64,000 nucleotides of DNA from Candidatus Uhrbacteria bacterium (GTDB lineage Bacteria; Patescibacteriota; Patescibacteriia; JACRJV01), in contig JACRJV010000026.1 in assembly GCA_016215325.1 (NCBI GenBank), positions 31,955-95,954 on the forward strand. Direction: 5' to 3'. Below the pieces are notes generated by a model. The model saw only the letters and a program-made list of their open reading frames with translations, ran no database searches and had not been told where the DNA came from. Within the stretch, counting starts at the first letter, position 1. Each line of letters begins with the position of its first letter. A program made the position numbers and the translations under genes. Positions 1 to 10,500 of the stretch are shown piece after piece.

Positions 1-573
1 CGAATCGGTTGCCGCAGAAACATGGCCCACAGCAGAGAGCGCCTCTTGGATAATATGCTGTTTTTGGGATTCAACATTCGGGATGCTTTGGGCAACTGAT
101 GCCGCAACCATCACCACCATGCCAAGGGTGATCACGACCAATAATTCTTTAGGCAGTGACGGAAGGAACGGATGATCTTGCAGCGCCCGCCAGAGCGCTT
201 GGCCGTGATCGGGCGATCCTTCTTCTCGACTGCTGCGCCACTGCCGATGCGTATCGCGTACGGCGCGAACCAATTGCAACGGGCTCTTGATGATCACAAT
301 GCTCCACATCCGTGCCCCGTGCATGGCTCGCGAAACAACCGCAAAGAGCCGACTGCCGATATTCCAATCGAATTCCGAGGGAGTCCACTGGGATTTGGTC
401 GACTCAAAAAAATCGAACGCCGGAGAGTGCGGTTCGGGCGCAGCGTGCTCGGGCGCTCGATTTGCCGACCGTAAATCAACCACATGCGGACTGGCTTGTC
501 CGGCCGCATTGGAGTGTGTTCCGCTGCCACTACGTACGCGGATTCGCGGTTGTGAATAATGAGGGCGATCCAT
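1..573 (-). CDS. Membrane-anchored hypothetical protein, 5' part only (runs off window; possibly DUF4012-type)
   Basis: Open frame from ATG 573 (MDRPHYSQ...SPHVVDLR...LLVVITLGMVVMVAASVA) to the window edge; one hydrophobic helix; not in the supplied ORF track. Confidence 0.55.
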   Translation of the reverse strand, partial: MDRPHYSQPRIRVRSGSGTHSNAAGQASPHVVDLRSANRAPEHAAPEPHSPAFDFFESTKSQWTPSEFDWNIGSRLFAVVSRAMHGARMWSIVIIKSPLQLVRAVRDTHRQWRSSREEGSPDHGQALWRALQDHPFLPSLPKELLVVITLGMVVMVAASVAQSIPNVESQKQHIIQEALSAVGHVSAATDS

Positions 574-586
574 GGTGATCAGGGTG

Positions 587-913
587 TCAGTGTGTTTGAA
601 GAGCGCCTAAGGCAGCGTCATCAAGGCGTTGCCAATCATCCCCTGCCCAACGGTAGAGCTCGAATACGGTGACTGTTTCATCGGCAGAATAGGTAGGTTC
701 GACAATCACCGGCGCCCCGGCGCGCCGGTTGTATGTGGTATGAGCCCCCAAAAATTTCGGCTTGATCACAAAAACCAACTTCATCTTCCCCGCTGGTGTC
801 GCCGTAATCACAGTCTGGGTGGTTGTTTGATCCGTTTGTTGAGAGTCTTCTTGCTCAATCCACCCTTGTTTACGCAATTGCTCCACCAATTGATCCCATC
901 GTTCTTGGGTCAT
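587..913 (-). CDS. Hypothetical protein (108 aa)
   Basis: ORF from ATG 913 (MTQERWDQLVEQ...); co-directional with neighbours. Confidence 0.65.
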   Translation of the reverse strand: MTQERWDQLVEQLRKQGWIEQEDSQQTDQTTTQTVITATPAGKMKLVFVIKPKFLGAHTTYNRRAGAPVIVEPTYSADETVTVFELYRWAGDDWQRLDDAALGALQTH

Positions 914-928
914 AGAGAAATTGTAACC

Positions 929-960
929 AAAAACTGTTAAGACGATCTCGCTTAACAGTT
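929..960 (-). terminator. Hairpin plus U-tract, probable terminator after the VanW gene
   Basis: Perfect 10-bp inverted repeat AACTGTTAAG (932-941)/CTTAACAGTT (951-960), 9-nt loop, T-run on minus strand; extended -10 TGGTATAAT lies just upstream (963-971). Confidence 0.45.
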
Positions 961-991
961 GTATTATACCACAAACCTCGTTCAGACACAC

Positions 992-2821
992 TCACGGGGT
1001 TGGACTGTCCACAGCAGGTATGCTCTCTGATGGGGCCGCCTCCGGCGCTGCCGGGGGTTTGGGCACTCCAACCAAGAATTGCTCTGGCCAAGGGCAGTAG
1101 AAGCTTTTGAAAACCTTGGTTTCGACACGACCATCCGGATAATTGATGGTATAAGTGGCGACAGCAGAACCGCCCGGATGCGCGCGCTCAATCTGTTTGA
1201 CCTTGCCTTCGGGCAGCGTTTCGGTAGGGATGCGAATCGCCGGACCTGCGGGACTGGTGGTGAGCGTTGTCGGCCCTTCGATCGTTGACGTGCGGCCATC
1301 CGTGGTACCGTAAAATTCAAACACAACTCTGGTGCCGCTCACATAACCGTGCAACAGCATCGGACTGCCCGTATCATTAACGAAGCGGAAATCGGGGTTT
1401 GGGCTATAGATGGTCGCATCCAATCCCGGACCAATGGTGTTGCCATCACCATCTTTTTCGTAATAGCTTACGCGGTAGGAATGATTTTGGCGAGCGGTGA
1501 TAGGCAACCCCGCATTCATTACGGCGCGGAAGAGGGTTGTGGAAACTTGGCACAGCCCTCCGCCGAATTCTGGTATGGTCCGATTCTGTTTGATGACCAG
1601 CTCGGGAAGATACCCCGTGGTGTTATCAATGCGGCCCAGCGCCTTAATGGTGGAAAACTCTTCGCCCGGAGCAATGAGAAGCCCATTCAAAAATTTGACC
1701 CCGTTTTTGATGTTGCTGATACGGTTCGGGGGGCTGCCGGCAAACGACGTCACCGCTCGGCCAATGAGTTCGCGGATGCCGCTGGCTTGGGCTTGAGCAT
1801 TAAACCCGGTGGGTTTCGCAATTTGGATATCCAAGGAGACCGCATCGTCGGATGGAGCGGCCGGGACATCGCGCCGGAGCTCCAGTGCCGCAATGATGTC
1901 AGCGATAGCTCTTTCCTGATCAAGGACACGGCCCGCGACCGGGGGCTCAAACTCAATGACCTTTTTCCCTTCGATCACTAACTTGGGCTCGCGCGGCTCG
2001 ACAGTAAGGCCGGACGCAAGGCGCGCGACGTATTGGCTCACGACCTGGCGGTCGACCTCGGCCACCAACTGGCGATCGCGAGAGCCGGAAGCCAACCATG
2101 AGCCGATTTGCTCCGGAGCAATGACGATTCCCTCATGCTCGGGAATAGTACTCTTAATCTGGAGCGGCCGACCGATCATGGAACGGGCCCCTTCGAGCGC
2201 AGCCGAGACGCTCCCCAAATCAATAACCGGTTCTTGGACAATAGTTTCAATGTTCAAACGAGGGGATTCGATCTGCTGGAGCAAGCGCGTGACTTGTTCA
2301 AGCAGCGCTTCACGATCAATCGCTCGGCCAGGCTGGGTATCCGTGGCCACCTCAACATTGCCGGCATTTACGACCAAGCGCACGTCACGCAAAGGATAGT
2401 CAACGCGCAGTGCAATTGCATCAATCACCGACACTACGGCATCGCGATTCACCTTTACCAGTGGATCGACTGTTACCCCCCCAGCCATCGCCGCAACGAC
2501 CCCCCGCACTCGTTGGGCCAATGTCCCGGACCGACCCACGCCAACGGCTTGAGCAACCGAAGTATCTACATCAACCGCATATCCAACACTCTCCAGTGCG
2601 ATGGGGTACGATGCGCCATCGACGGTGATAGTGGCCCCCTCTTGCAAAACAGTGTTGGTGCGAGTCTCGACGGCCTGCCGAGCCTGCGCCGCTGTCAGTC
2701 CCCCGACCGGGACAGATCCCACCTGCACGCTCGGCAAAATGCGCCCAGAAAACAAAAACACACTCGCCCCGGCGATCGCCACAACGATGACGCTACTAAC
2801 AATCCAGAAAGTGGGTTTCAC
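992..2821 (-). CDS. VanW family protein with N-terminal anchor and peptidoglycan-binding (PG_binding_4-like) repeats
   Basis: VanW motifs NRISNI, LIAPGEEFS, GGGLCQVSTTLFRA, NHSYRVSYY, GLDATIY, DFRFVNDT; likely GTG start 2821 before a TM helix. Confidence 0.88.
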   Translation of the reverse strand: MKPTFWIVSSVIVVAIAGASVFLFSGRILPSVQVGSVPVGGLTAAQARQAVETRTNTVLQEGATITVDGASYPIALESVGYAVDVDTSVAQAVGVGRSGTLAQRVRGVVAAMAGGVTVDPLVKVNRDAVVSVIDAIALRVDYPLRDVRLVVNAGNVEVATDTQPGRAIDREALLEQVTRLLQQIESPRLNIETIVQEPVIDLGSVSAALEGARSMIGRPLQIKSTIPEHEGIVIAPEQIGSWLASGSRDRQLVAEVDRQVVSQYVARLASGLTVEPREPKLVIEGKKVIEFEPPVAGRVLDQERAIADIIAALELRRDVPAAPSDDAVSLDIQIAKPTGFNAQAQASGIRELIGRAVTSFAGSPPNRISNIKNGVKFLNGLLIAPGEEFSTIKALGRIDNTTGYLPELVIKQNRTIPEFGGGLCQVSTTLFRAVMNAGLPITARQNHSYRVSYYEKDGDGNTIGPGLDATIYSPNPDFRFVNDTGSPMLLHGYVSGTRVVFEFYGTTDGRTSTIEGPTTLTTSPAGPAIRIPTETLPEGKVKQIERAHPGGSAVATYTINYPDGRVETKVFKSFYCPWPEQFLVGVPKPPAAPEAAPSESIPAVDSPTP

Positions 2822-2927
2822 AATACTATGGTGAGGATTATGTTGTATACTATCACCATATAATCCACATATCAACGCCCTGCCCAAAATATTAACACAC
2901 AAGCTTATGTTGATATATGGCATCACC

Positions 2928-3563
2928 ATGCAGGGGAAAAAGGAAGAAGTGCCCTCCGACGTTGCGGCATGGTTGGTTGATCGCATGAAAAAATATCCAA
3001 CGGTGGATTTTACAATTGATCGCGATGAAATGACGCGATTGAGTCCGCAACATCGAGAGCAAACGGCTGAGCTGATGAAGAAATTTTCTCGATTCTTTTA
3101 TCCCGAGCATAAGACGAGAGGAGAGAATGGTGTTCTTATAGTTGTCTTCCCGTACCAAAACGAAATATGGAGTGTACGGATCACCGGCGGCTTAGACGGC
3201 GAAGGAAATATCATTGGAAGGAGCGATCCTGAAATCAATACGAAGCTAAAACGACCGCTCCCTGCGCAACTGCGAAATGATATTGCAGGACTAACGGAAG
3301 AGAAAAATATTGAACAAGTCCAAGTCGGCGGCAACGAGGGCTTCAGGGCAAAAGTAAGAAGAGAAGATGAGCCATTGTTGAGCGAGCCAAGGGAGTTTTT
3401 TCCACTGCCGGCAGAACTCAAATGGTTATCGGAGATGACGATGAGCGGTGAACAATTCAATAATTTGATGAGTAGCCCCGAGAAAAAAGAGAGGGTAGTA
3501 AAGGCGTTGTACGAAAAAGATTGGGGTGCCTTACGAAAACTGAGAGGCGAGGAGTTGCCTTGA
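2928..3563 (+). CDS. Hypothetical protein
   Basis: 211-aa charged ORF filling the gap between minus-strand genes; no motif recognised. Confidence 0.6.
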   Translation: MQGKKEEVPSDVAAWLVDRMKKYPTVDFTIDRDEMTRLSPQHREQTAELMKKFSRFFYPEHKTRGENGVLIVVFPYQNEIWSVRITGGLDGEGNIIGRSDPEINTKLKRPLPAQLRNDIAGLTEEKNIEQVQVGGNEGFRAKVRREDEPLLSEPREFFPLPAELKWLSEMTMSGEQFNNLMSSPEKKERVVKALYEKDWGALRKLRGEELP

Positions 3564-3617
3564 ATACAAAAACCAGCGCCCATCGGGTACGCTCAGCGCA
3601 TCTTTCGGCGTTTTTGT

Positions 3618-4493
3618 CTACCGTGAACGGACTTGGGCTTGACTCTTGGCCGACCGGCCGAACGCCGCGATCACATAGCCGGTGGTGTACGATGGGGATC
3701 CCCCGAGCTGGGCAGAGTTGACTACATCAAACACTTGCGCTGTTGTGGCCCCTCGGGCTTTGACAAAGGAGAGCAGCGCCGCAAGGCTCTGCTGGGAATC
3801 CGTGTCGACCAATTCCACCGCATCGACAGCAAGAGTTTTTAATAATTGCGCGCTCTTGCGCTCGCGGGCGGCGGCGGATTCTGCCGAATGATAATGCGAG
3901 AAGTCAATACTGGCGATCACGATTGCGTCCTTTGGCAACACCCGTGCAAGGGTCTTGCCCAATGCTTGGGCTTGGGCCACAGAATACGTCGAAGAGATCG
4001 CAATGGGGACAATCCGTGCCCCGGGGAATATCGCAGCAATCGGCTGCACTTGGGAATAGATGGAATGTTCAATGTTAAACAGTGCGGAGGTTTCTGGCAG
4101 CGGTACCTGCTGTTGGAGTGTTGTAATTGCTCCCCGATCCGCCTGCACAATCCCAAAGCGTGTTTGAAATGAATCGGTGGTCGTCACGATCGGCCACCCC
4201 CCAATGTCCTGGTGATTCGGCCCCAAGACCACAAACGTTCGCGGGCGAGTCAGAGCCGACAACCCCTTGTACAATGCAATGTTCAAGCCCATGGCATTGG
4301 GAATGTGATGGCTCACGATTGCGCCGTCCACGCGCGAGAATCCCAAAACAGAATACGGACGACGGCCACCGTTGTTGCGCGTGAGCAACCGCTCAACAAC
4401 CGAATCACGCACATCATGCACCCGCACGGCACGGGAAGGCAGTGCGGGTGCAGTGAGTACGATTGCGCTCAGCAGCACGGCAGAGAGCATCAT
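3618..4493 (-). CDS. AmmeMemoRadiSam system protein B (MEMO1 family) with signal peptide
   Basis: IVSHH, VLGPNH, EHSI, ASIDFSHY, YTTGY motifs; hydrophobic N-terminus; 4-bp overlap with the upstream gene. Confidence 0.85.
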   Translation of the reverse strand: MMLSAVLLSAIVLTAPALPSRAVRVHDVRDSVVERLLTRNNGGRRPYSVLGFSRVDGAIVSHHIPNAMGLNIALYKGLSALTRPRTFVVLGPNHQDIGGWPIVTTTDSFQTRFGIVQADRGAITTLQQQVPLPETSALFNIEHSIYSQVQPIAAIFPGARIVPIAISSTYSVAQAQALGKTLARVLPKDAIVIASIDFSHYHSAESAAARERKSAQLLKTLAVDAVELVDTDSQQSLAALLSFVKARGATTAQVFDVVNSAQLGGSPSYTTGYVIAAFGRSAKSQAQVRSR

Positions 4494-7400
4494 TGGATGA
4501 CAAATGGATTATCCGGACCAAAGTTGTACTGATCGGGGTGCAGAATCCCGCGGATATTAGGGCCGTCTGCACGGAAGGTTCCTTGCTGGACCGCACGGGC
4601 ACGGTACACCACCGTCTGGGTGTTGCTGCCCCGCGGACCTTTGCCCACATGCAGGCGAACGATTTGGCCCTCGATTTCTTGGATGCCAACAATGCGCACG
4701 TCTTCGTCCTGCCGTCCCCCATCACCGAAATAGGTGATCGCGGAGGTGGGCTTGAGCCCTGAAGGCAAGTAGTCGGTGATCACATAGTCATTCTCCTCAC
4801 TACTCGGATCGATGCGATAGGTGAGGACCACATCCACCGTATCACCGACTCGCGTGACTGCCCCACCGCTGCTGCGATTACGATACCGGCGCTCAACCGA
4901 TAGTTTTGGATTGCGCGCCCCGTCATAGGTAACGGCCGGGAGGCGGGCGAACGAAACAACAGATGCAGAACCCTTGAGGTTCTTAATCGACAATTGTGAA
5001 AGTTCTTCCGCGGTGACTTCGACCGACTGATCACGCACCTGCCCATCCAGGCGCACGGCAATGGTGCGGGAACCGGCAACCAAATCAAACGTGGTCTCGG
5101 TCGATGGTGGCGCCGAAATACCCTGTGCGCGTACCCGAGCGGCTGCCCACAGCTCAAAATCGATCAAGTCTGAATCCCCTGCCCGTGCCTTACTATAGGC
5201 GTATTCAGAAAGCGCTTGGGCATCGGGGCTGCCAACAGCGATCGCCACGCTCACGGCCAATGCGCTCTGACGCAATGTCTGGACCTGATTGTCCCCGGGG
5301 ATCACGGCACTGGCGGCTTCGCGTGTAATCGATGGAGCAATGTGATCCTCAAAAATTGCCCGGGACTGATCGGTGGCACCCAAATTTTGGAAGCTTGCGG
5401 CAAGATAAATCCAATCTCCGACCGAAAGATCAGAACGCGAAGATAATTGCTCCAACTGTGGGAGGATTGCTGCCCGGACGGCGGAGAGGCCGTAGAATAC
5501 TTTTGCCGCAATGTGGACATCGCCAGTTTCTCCCGCTGCTATCTGTGAGAGCAAATATCGTTTTACCGACCCGGAATCATACAGGGTAGATTGGGGCAGA
5601 GCATTGACAAGACCAATGGTGGCATCCAAGTCACTGCTGCCATACGGCACGACAGCAACACCGCCATCCGGTTGTCTGTACGGGGTAATATCGGCCGTGT
5701 CCGCCGCGGGCGCGCTGCAGGACTGTTGGAAGTTCGGCAACAGTTCTTTGGCGACGCGGGGGCCCACCTCCCATTCGAGCCGCACGCCATCCGCATAGCA
5801 GGATTGCTGGAGATGGCTGACCAACGCGGCATCAGTTTGGTCGATAATGGTGAGTGTTGTGGTGCCGCTGGGGTTGCCCTTGATTGATAGTTTGCCGTCC
5901 TTGACCGATTGGCGATCCACTCGAAGTGCAACTTTATGCGAGCGGCGCACAGATATAACGCGCTCGATCGCATCGCGAAGCCCACCGGCAATGCCTTCAA
6001 TCGACACGCGGTGTTCCCCTTCAGGCAAAGCGCCCAAGGGAATATTGACCTGCGCAGTGCCGCTGACTGTTTTATCCAGGTTGAGCGTCGGACTTTTAAT
6101 GGAATATTGGACAGTGCTGGGGGGTTGCCCAGTGGCGGTTGCAGAGCGCACGACCATCACCGGTGCATCGCCCACAAGATACACTTCATTGAGAATCGAC
6201 CGGACAAAAAATGGCAAGTTGGTCGTAATCGATTTTATCGCAGACCCAAAATACAGATCACTGCTGGCCGCCTGCAACCGCACCCTCCAACCGGTGAGGT
6301 TGTCGGGCAGAGGAATCGTGAATTCGGTGCGTCCGTCGTTGTCGGTATCCTGCGTTGCCACAAATGCGGTATTCTTAAAATTCTTGCGTACATCCCCCAC
6401 CGGCAACCCACGGCTCCCATCCCCGCCCCCGCGTTCGGCACCCAACTGGTTGCCAGAAAACCCATACCGCAATTCAAACGGATGGGAAGTGCGCGTCTGG
6501 ATATCATAGACAAACCCGCGATAAGTTTCGGTCAGCACAGTATCGTCATACCCATAGAGGCTATAGAGTGCTTCGTCCACGAGGGTGAGTTCGGTGTTGG
6601 AAAGCTTGCCCTGCCCATCCGGCGTGGTCACCCGAGCGCGCGCCACGGCGCGATCCCCCGGGCGGTACGACGCTTTATCAAATTGGAGATCAATCGTGAG
6701 CTTGCGATCCTCCGTATCAAGCGAAAACGTGGCTTGCTCAATCCGTTGGAATCCCCGCGGCCCCCAAAATATTCCGCCGACCACCAACGTCGGGATGTCC
6801 CGCGCCAAAAATGTGTCTTTATAATTTGCTTCTGTTTGGACGGTGACGGATTCGATCCCAGAGCCCGATGCACGATATAGCAATACCTGCTGACCCGCGA
6901 TGGCAACCGGCTCGTTGCGTTCGTTAACGACCTGGGCTGTTATGGGCTGGCCGACCTTATAGAGTGCAGGAGTCCATTGGTCTTTACTATTGGCCAATAC
7001 CGGGTTCACGCGCAGATAACCGGGCTGTTGATCGGTGTCGCTCGATCGCAAGAACGAAGAAAAATACCACCCGGAAACATACCGATGCTCAAGAACCAGA
7101 CGGCCATTTGGGTCCACAGTCGAAAAACTCACTTTATACCAACCGTTTGTTTTTTTCACTGTCACAGAATAATCAACAGCCCCATTGCTATTGGTAAGCA
7201 AAGGGGGATGAGCCACCGCTACTTCTTCGACGCGCTCGACATACTCATGCACCGGATAGGTTGTCTTGGTAATAGGGTCAAACCGGCGTTCTTTGACGAC
7301 GGCTTCGGTCCAATGGTAATCAACGGTCACGTTGATTGTTGCATTTGCAAGCGGTGAGCCGACATAGTTCGTTTCGGCTGGTTTCGACAAATCGATCGTT

Positions 7401-9547
7401 GATGTCTTCACGTGGAACGTCGTTGTTTTCTCCTTCTGCTCGCTGTCGATATCCATCATAATAGTCGGCCCATAGACGCCGAACGATGCGCTCGCCGTAA
7501 TCTCCGCTTCTTCTTGTTCTACCGGCGAAACAGATAGATAGGCATAGTACGGGTACGATGTGGTCAGCACATATTGGGGCTTGAGCCGGAGCACGGCGTT
7601 ACCGGAAGCATCCAATCGCACTCGCCCGGTTACGCTCTGGGGAATATTGCCAGAGTATTGGAGATCCATGAGCCCCACTGGTTCGCCGCTAAAAAAACGC
7701 GCTTGAATATCGAGAGCGATTTCATCACCGACAAACAGTGCGTCTCGTTTCGGCATGACGGTGATTTGATACGAAGGCTTCGTGAACGTGGCGACTTCAA
7801 TGCCTTTATCCAAGAGCACTTGATCACCCTGGCGCATGCGCACGGAGTAATACCCCGGTTTGAGGGTATTGATCGCGAGTTTCCCGCTGAAGGTGTTTTG
7901 ACGACTGATTCGACCCGTTGTGGTGGCATAGACAGGAATTGACTGTGACTCGCCCCCCGGCCCGAAGTATTGATTGTACAACCCTTCAAACCCCCAAAAC
8001 TGTTGGTCAATGAGCTCGATCGTCACTTCCTGGTCGGCCATCGTTTTGCCGGGGGCGCTCACAACACCCCAAACCCACACCTCATCGGTGGGCAAATACA
8101 TCTTTCGATCGGTGGAAAGAAAACTGTACATGCGCTCCTGGGGCGCAACACGGACATCATCCACCGGAATAAACGCCACATCAGTGCCAGCGCTCACTTG
8201 CACCAGCGCACCGATCCCATGGGCGCTGCTGGATGCCTCCCGCTCTGGAGGTGATGAATATTTCCATTGTTCAGGCGTAGCAAACTGCGCAACCCCCCGG
8301 TCATCGGTTTGCGCGAGTGGCACAGAGGAACTCGCCACGGTGGCGTTGGCAACGCCCGTGGATTCGTCTATTTTACGGACCCAGAGCACGGATTGCGATT
8401 CGCTCACTGACAGCGCCGTGTGCAATGGAGTCACCTGGAACCACAAAAATTGACCCCCACCGGTGGCCTGGGGTGCCATCAACAGATACTGCCCGCCCTG
8501 GAGGCTTGTTGGCAAGACCAGCCGTGCCGATGTTTGGCTTTCTTCCTCTGCAGTAAAGGTTGCTGCAAAGGTGCTTACGCGGTTGCGTTCAGGCGGCGCG
8601 TACCGGGGATTGTAGAGACCATAGATACTCCATTGATTCTCGAAGATCATGGATTTCTTCCATTCTTGCTCAAATTCAGACGGATCAAAACGATAGAGTT
8701 CAAAATTCCACTTACGCTTGAGGGCATGCTCATTAACCGAAACGTAAAATGTTGGGCTTTGGCGATCAAAATCGGGCAACGTGCTATCGCTATAGATATA
8801 CCAATAGCTTGGATCCTTCGATTCTTGAGCACCAGGGGTTGTTGCCGGATCTGCCTCTGTTTCGAACGAAACAACAATATCATCGGAGAGCGTATCCTTC
8901 CCATCTTGCTTGGGGAGGGCCGCAAAACCGCTCTTTAACCGGAATGTATAGACCGTGCGGTACTGAAGCTTCTGCTGCGGCGTAACAACAACTCGATTAT
9001 TGTCGACCTCCACTGCTGCGGGTATTGCGGGATCCAAACTCCAAAGACCATCGACTGAACCCAATTGCGGGCGATTGAATTGGAGCTCGATGCCGGTATC
9101 AATGGGCACGCGGGTTGCCAGATGCCGCGGAACCGAAGAAATAAGCGCCAAATTCGATTTGGTTTGGATCGCAAAGGAAACCGGTGCGGCAGAGCCGTTA
9201 GCAGCCGCCAAGGCAATGGTATATACGGTGTTTTCTTTCAGCGGCGCGTTGGCCGTAATTTCAAAAATGTTGGACGTTTGCGCAACGGGCTTGACAGTGA
9301 CATCTGTTGCAGGGGTCACGCGCAAATTCTCCTGCACCTGGACGCTGGTCATCGCGCCTTCGGTCTGTAAATAAATTTTACTGTTTGCGTCCATGATGCG
9401 GCTGGTATTGCCAATCGCGGTGGTATAGAGTTGATACCCCCCAGAGGCCACGGGCTTACTCCCCTTCCGCATTGCCAGAAACCCTCCGGCAACAATCAAC
9501 AACAAGACAACGATCACAGTGAGTGTTCGTTTTATGCCATGAGACAT
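4490..9547 (-). CDS. Alpha-2-macroglobulin family protein with N-terminal Ig-like (Big_5) domains
   Basis: N-terminal TM; TDRKMYLP, FDKASYRPGD, LVDEAL, VRKNFKNTA, LPDNLTGWR, DYLPSGL, VYRARAV motifs; start MSHGIK at 9547. Confidence 0.88.
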   Translation of the reverse strand: MSHGIKRTLTVIVVLLLIVAGGFLAMRKGSKPVASGGYQLYTTAIGNTSRIMDANSKIYLQTEGAMTSVQVQENLRVTPATDVTVKPVAQTSNIFEITANAPLKENTVYTIALAAANGSAAPVSFAIQTKSNLALISSVPRHLATRVPIDTGIELQFNRPQLGSVDGLWSLDPAIPAAVEVDNNRVVVTPQQKLQYRTVYTFRLKSGFAALPKQDGKDTLSDDIVVSFETEADPATTPGAQESKDPSYWYIYSDSTLPDFDRQSPTFYVSVNEHALKRKWNFELYRFDPSEFEQEWKKSMIFENQWSIYGLYNPRYAPPERNRVSTFAATFTAEEESQTSARLVLPTSLQGGQYLLMAPQATGGGQFLWFQVTPLHTALSVSESQSVLWVRKIDESTGVANATVASSSVPLAQTDDRGVAQFATPEQWKYSSPPEREASSSAHGIGALVQVSAGTDVAFIPVDDVRVAPQERMYSFLSTDRKMYLPTDEVWVWGVVSAPGKTMADQEVTIELIDQQFWGFEGLYNQYFGPGGESQSIPVYATTTGRISRQNTFSGKLAINTLKPGYYSVRMRQGDQVLLDKGIEVATFTKPSYQITVMPKRDALFVGDEIALDIQARFFSGEPVGLMDLQYSGNIPQSVTGRVRLDASGNAVLRLKPQYVLTTSYPYYAYLSVSPVEQEEAEITASASFGVYGPTIMMDIDSEQKEKTTTFHVKTSTIDLSKPAETNYVGSPLANATINVTVDYHWTEAVVKERRFDPITKTTYPVHEYVERVEEVAVAHPPLLTNSNGAVDYSVTVKKTNGWYKVSFSTVDPNGRLVLEHRYVSGWYFSSFLRSSDTDQQPGYLRVNPVLANSKDQWTPALYKVGQPITAQVVNERNEPVAIAGQQVLLYRASGSGIESVTVQTEANYKDTFLARDIPTLVVGGIFWGPRGFQRIEQATFSLDTEDRKLTIDLQFDKASYRPGDRAVARARVTTPDGQGKLSNTELTLVDEALYSLYGYDDTVLTETYRGFVYDIQTRTSHPFELRYGFSGNQLGAERGGGDGSRGLPVGDVRKNFKNTAFVATQDTDNDGRTEFTIPLPDNLTGWRVRLQAASSDLYFGSAIKSITTNLPFFVRSILNEVYLVGDAPVMVVRSATATGQPPSTVQYSIKSPTLNLDKTVSGTAQVNIPLGALPEGEHRVSIEGIAGGLRDAIERVISVRRSHKVALRVDRQSVKDGKLSIKGNPSGTTTLTIIDQTDAALVSHLQQSCYADGVRLEWEVGPRVAKELLPNFQQSCSAPAADTADITPYRQPDGGVAVVPYGSSDLDATIGLVNALPQSTLYDSGSVKRYLLSQIAAGETGDVHIAAKVFYGLSAVRAAILPQLEQLSSRSDLSVGDWIYLAASFQNLGATDQSRAIFEDHIAPSITREAASAVIPGDNQVQTLRQSALAVSVAIAVGSPDAQALSEYAYSKARAGDSDLIDFELWAAARVRAQGISAPPSTETTFDLVAGSRTIAVRLDGQVRDQSVEVTAEELSQLSIKNLKGSASVVSFARLPAVTYDGARNPKLSVERRYRNRSSGGAVTRVGDTVDVVLTYRIDPSSEENDYVITDYLPSGLKPTSAITYFGDGGRQDEDVRIVGIQEIEGQIVRLHVGKGPRGSNTQTVVYRARAVQQGTFRADGPNIRGILHPDQYNFGPDNPFVIQ

Positions 9548-9635
9548 AGGATGATCGCCGGTAATACCGGGAGTGCGAAGAAATAAGCCTACTCGCACAA
9601 TATCATTTTTTTTCGTATAATGGCAACATCAATGC

Positions 9636-9699
9636 AATATCAAATTTCCAATTACCAAAACATTGTCAGTGGAAATTAGACATTAGAAATTGGAAATTT
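9636..9699. repeat. Degenerate 7-mer repeats in inverted arrangement
   Basis: caatatc-aaatttc-caattac on the left; ggaaatt-agacatt-agaaatt-ggaaatt on the right; intergenic between divergent genes. Confidence 0.65.
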
Positions 9700-9705
9700 C
9701 GTGCT

Positions 9706-10410
9706 ATGTGCTTCTCCCCCAAAGTCACCCTCGCCACATTCGTACTCGAATGGAGCCTTGCAATTTGGGCATGGATCCAATACCGCTACCACCGGTTTGG
9801 CCAACTGGCTATAGCACTGCTTGTGCTGCTCGGGTTCTACCAATGGAGCGAGTATGCGATTTGCCGCGGGTCCAATCCGGTCGACTGGGCGCGGCTGGGG
9901 TTTGCCGCGGTGGGCTTTATGCCGGCCATTGGGCTCCACTTGATTATGCTCTTTGATAAACAAAAACCCGGACGCACGCATGTCGAAACCGTCACGCGCT
10001 ATTTGGTGCCGATCGGATATGCCCTGGCGAGCCTGTGGGCGCTGGTGTTTTGGGTCGAACCCGCTGTGATCCGCTCGGCCACCTGCATGCCAAATTTTAT
10101 CCTGTACGGCAAAAGCATGAGGCCCTACACATGGTTCGGGTATTACTATACGACCCTGATCGCCTGGTCGCTGGTCGCAATGGCAGCGCTGCGCGAACGT
10201 ACCGCCGGTGCTTTGCGGTCGGCGACCAACTGGTTGGCAATTGGGTATCTCTCGTTTATCATCCCCACCTATCTCGTGATCTTTATGTTTCCAAAGATGA
10301 TACCGGGGTTCCCGAGCGTCCTGTGCGGATTTGCCGTGATCCTCGCAATCATTATGGTCAAAAAAGTATTGCCGGAATACGAAAAGACCCATCGGGATAT
10401 GAGGATATAA
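9706..10410 (+). CDS. Polytopic membrane protein (about 7 TM, MCFS- N-terminus)
   Basis: Multiple hydrophobic helices; YQWSEY and PSVLCGFA segments. Confidence 0.75.
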   Translation: MCFSPKVTLATFVLEWSLAIWAWIQYRYHRFGQLAIALLVLLGFYQWSEYAICRGSNPVDWARLGFAAVGFMPAIGLHLIMLFDKQKPGRTHVETVTRYLVPIGYALASLWALVFWVEPAVIRSATCMPNFILYGKSMRPYTWFGYYYTTLIAWSLVAMAALRERTAGALRSATNWLAIGYLSFIIPTYLVIFMFPKMIPGFPSVLCGFAVILAIIMVKKVLPEYEKTHRDMRI

Positions 10411-10431
10411 GGAGATATGGATATAACAAAC

Positions 10432-10476
10432 CGCTCCAGACCGACCCCCCTCTTGGGTCCAGCCTGGAGCGTTTTT
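10432..10476 (+). terminator. Hairpin plus T-run between convergent genes
   Basis: CGCTCCAG (10432-10439)/CTGGAGCG (10464-10471) with inner GACCC/GGGTC pairing, followed by TTTTT. Confidence 0.55.
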
Positions 10477-10500
10477 GAATTGGATTCAATGCAAATACGA

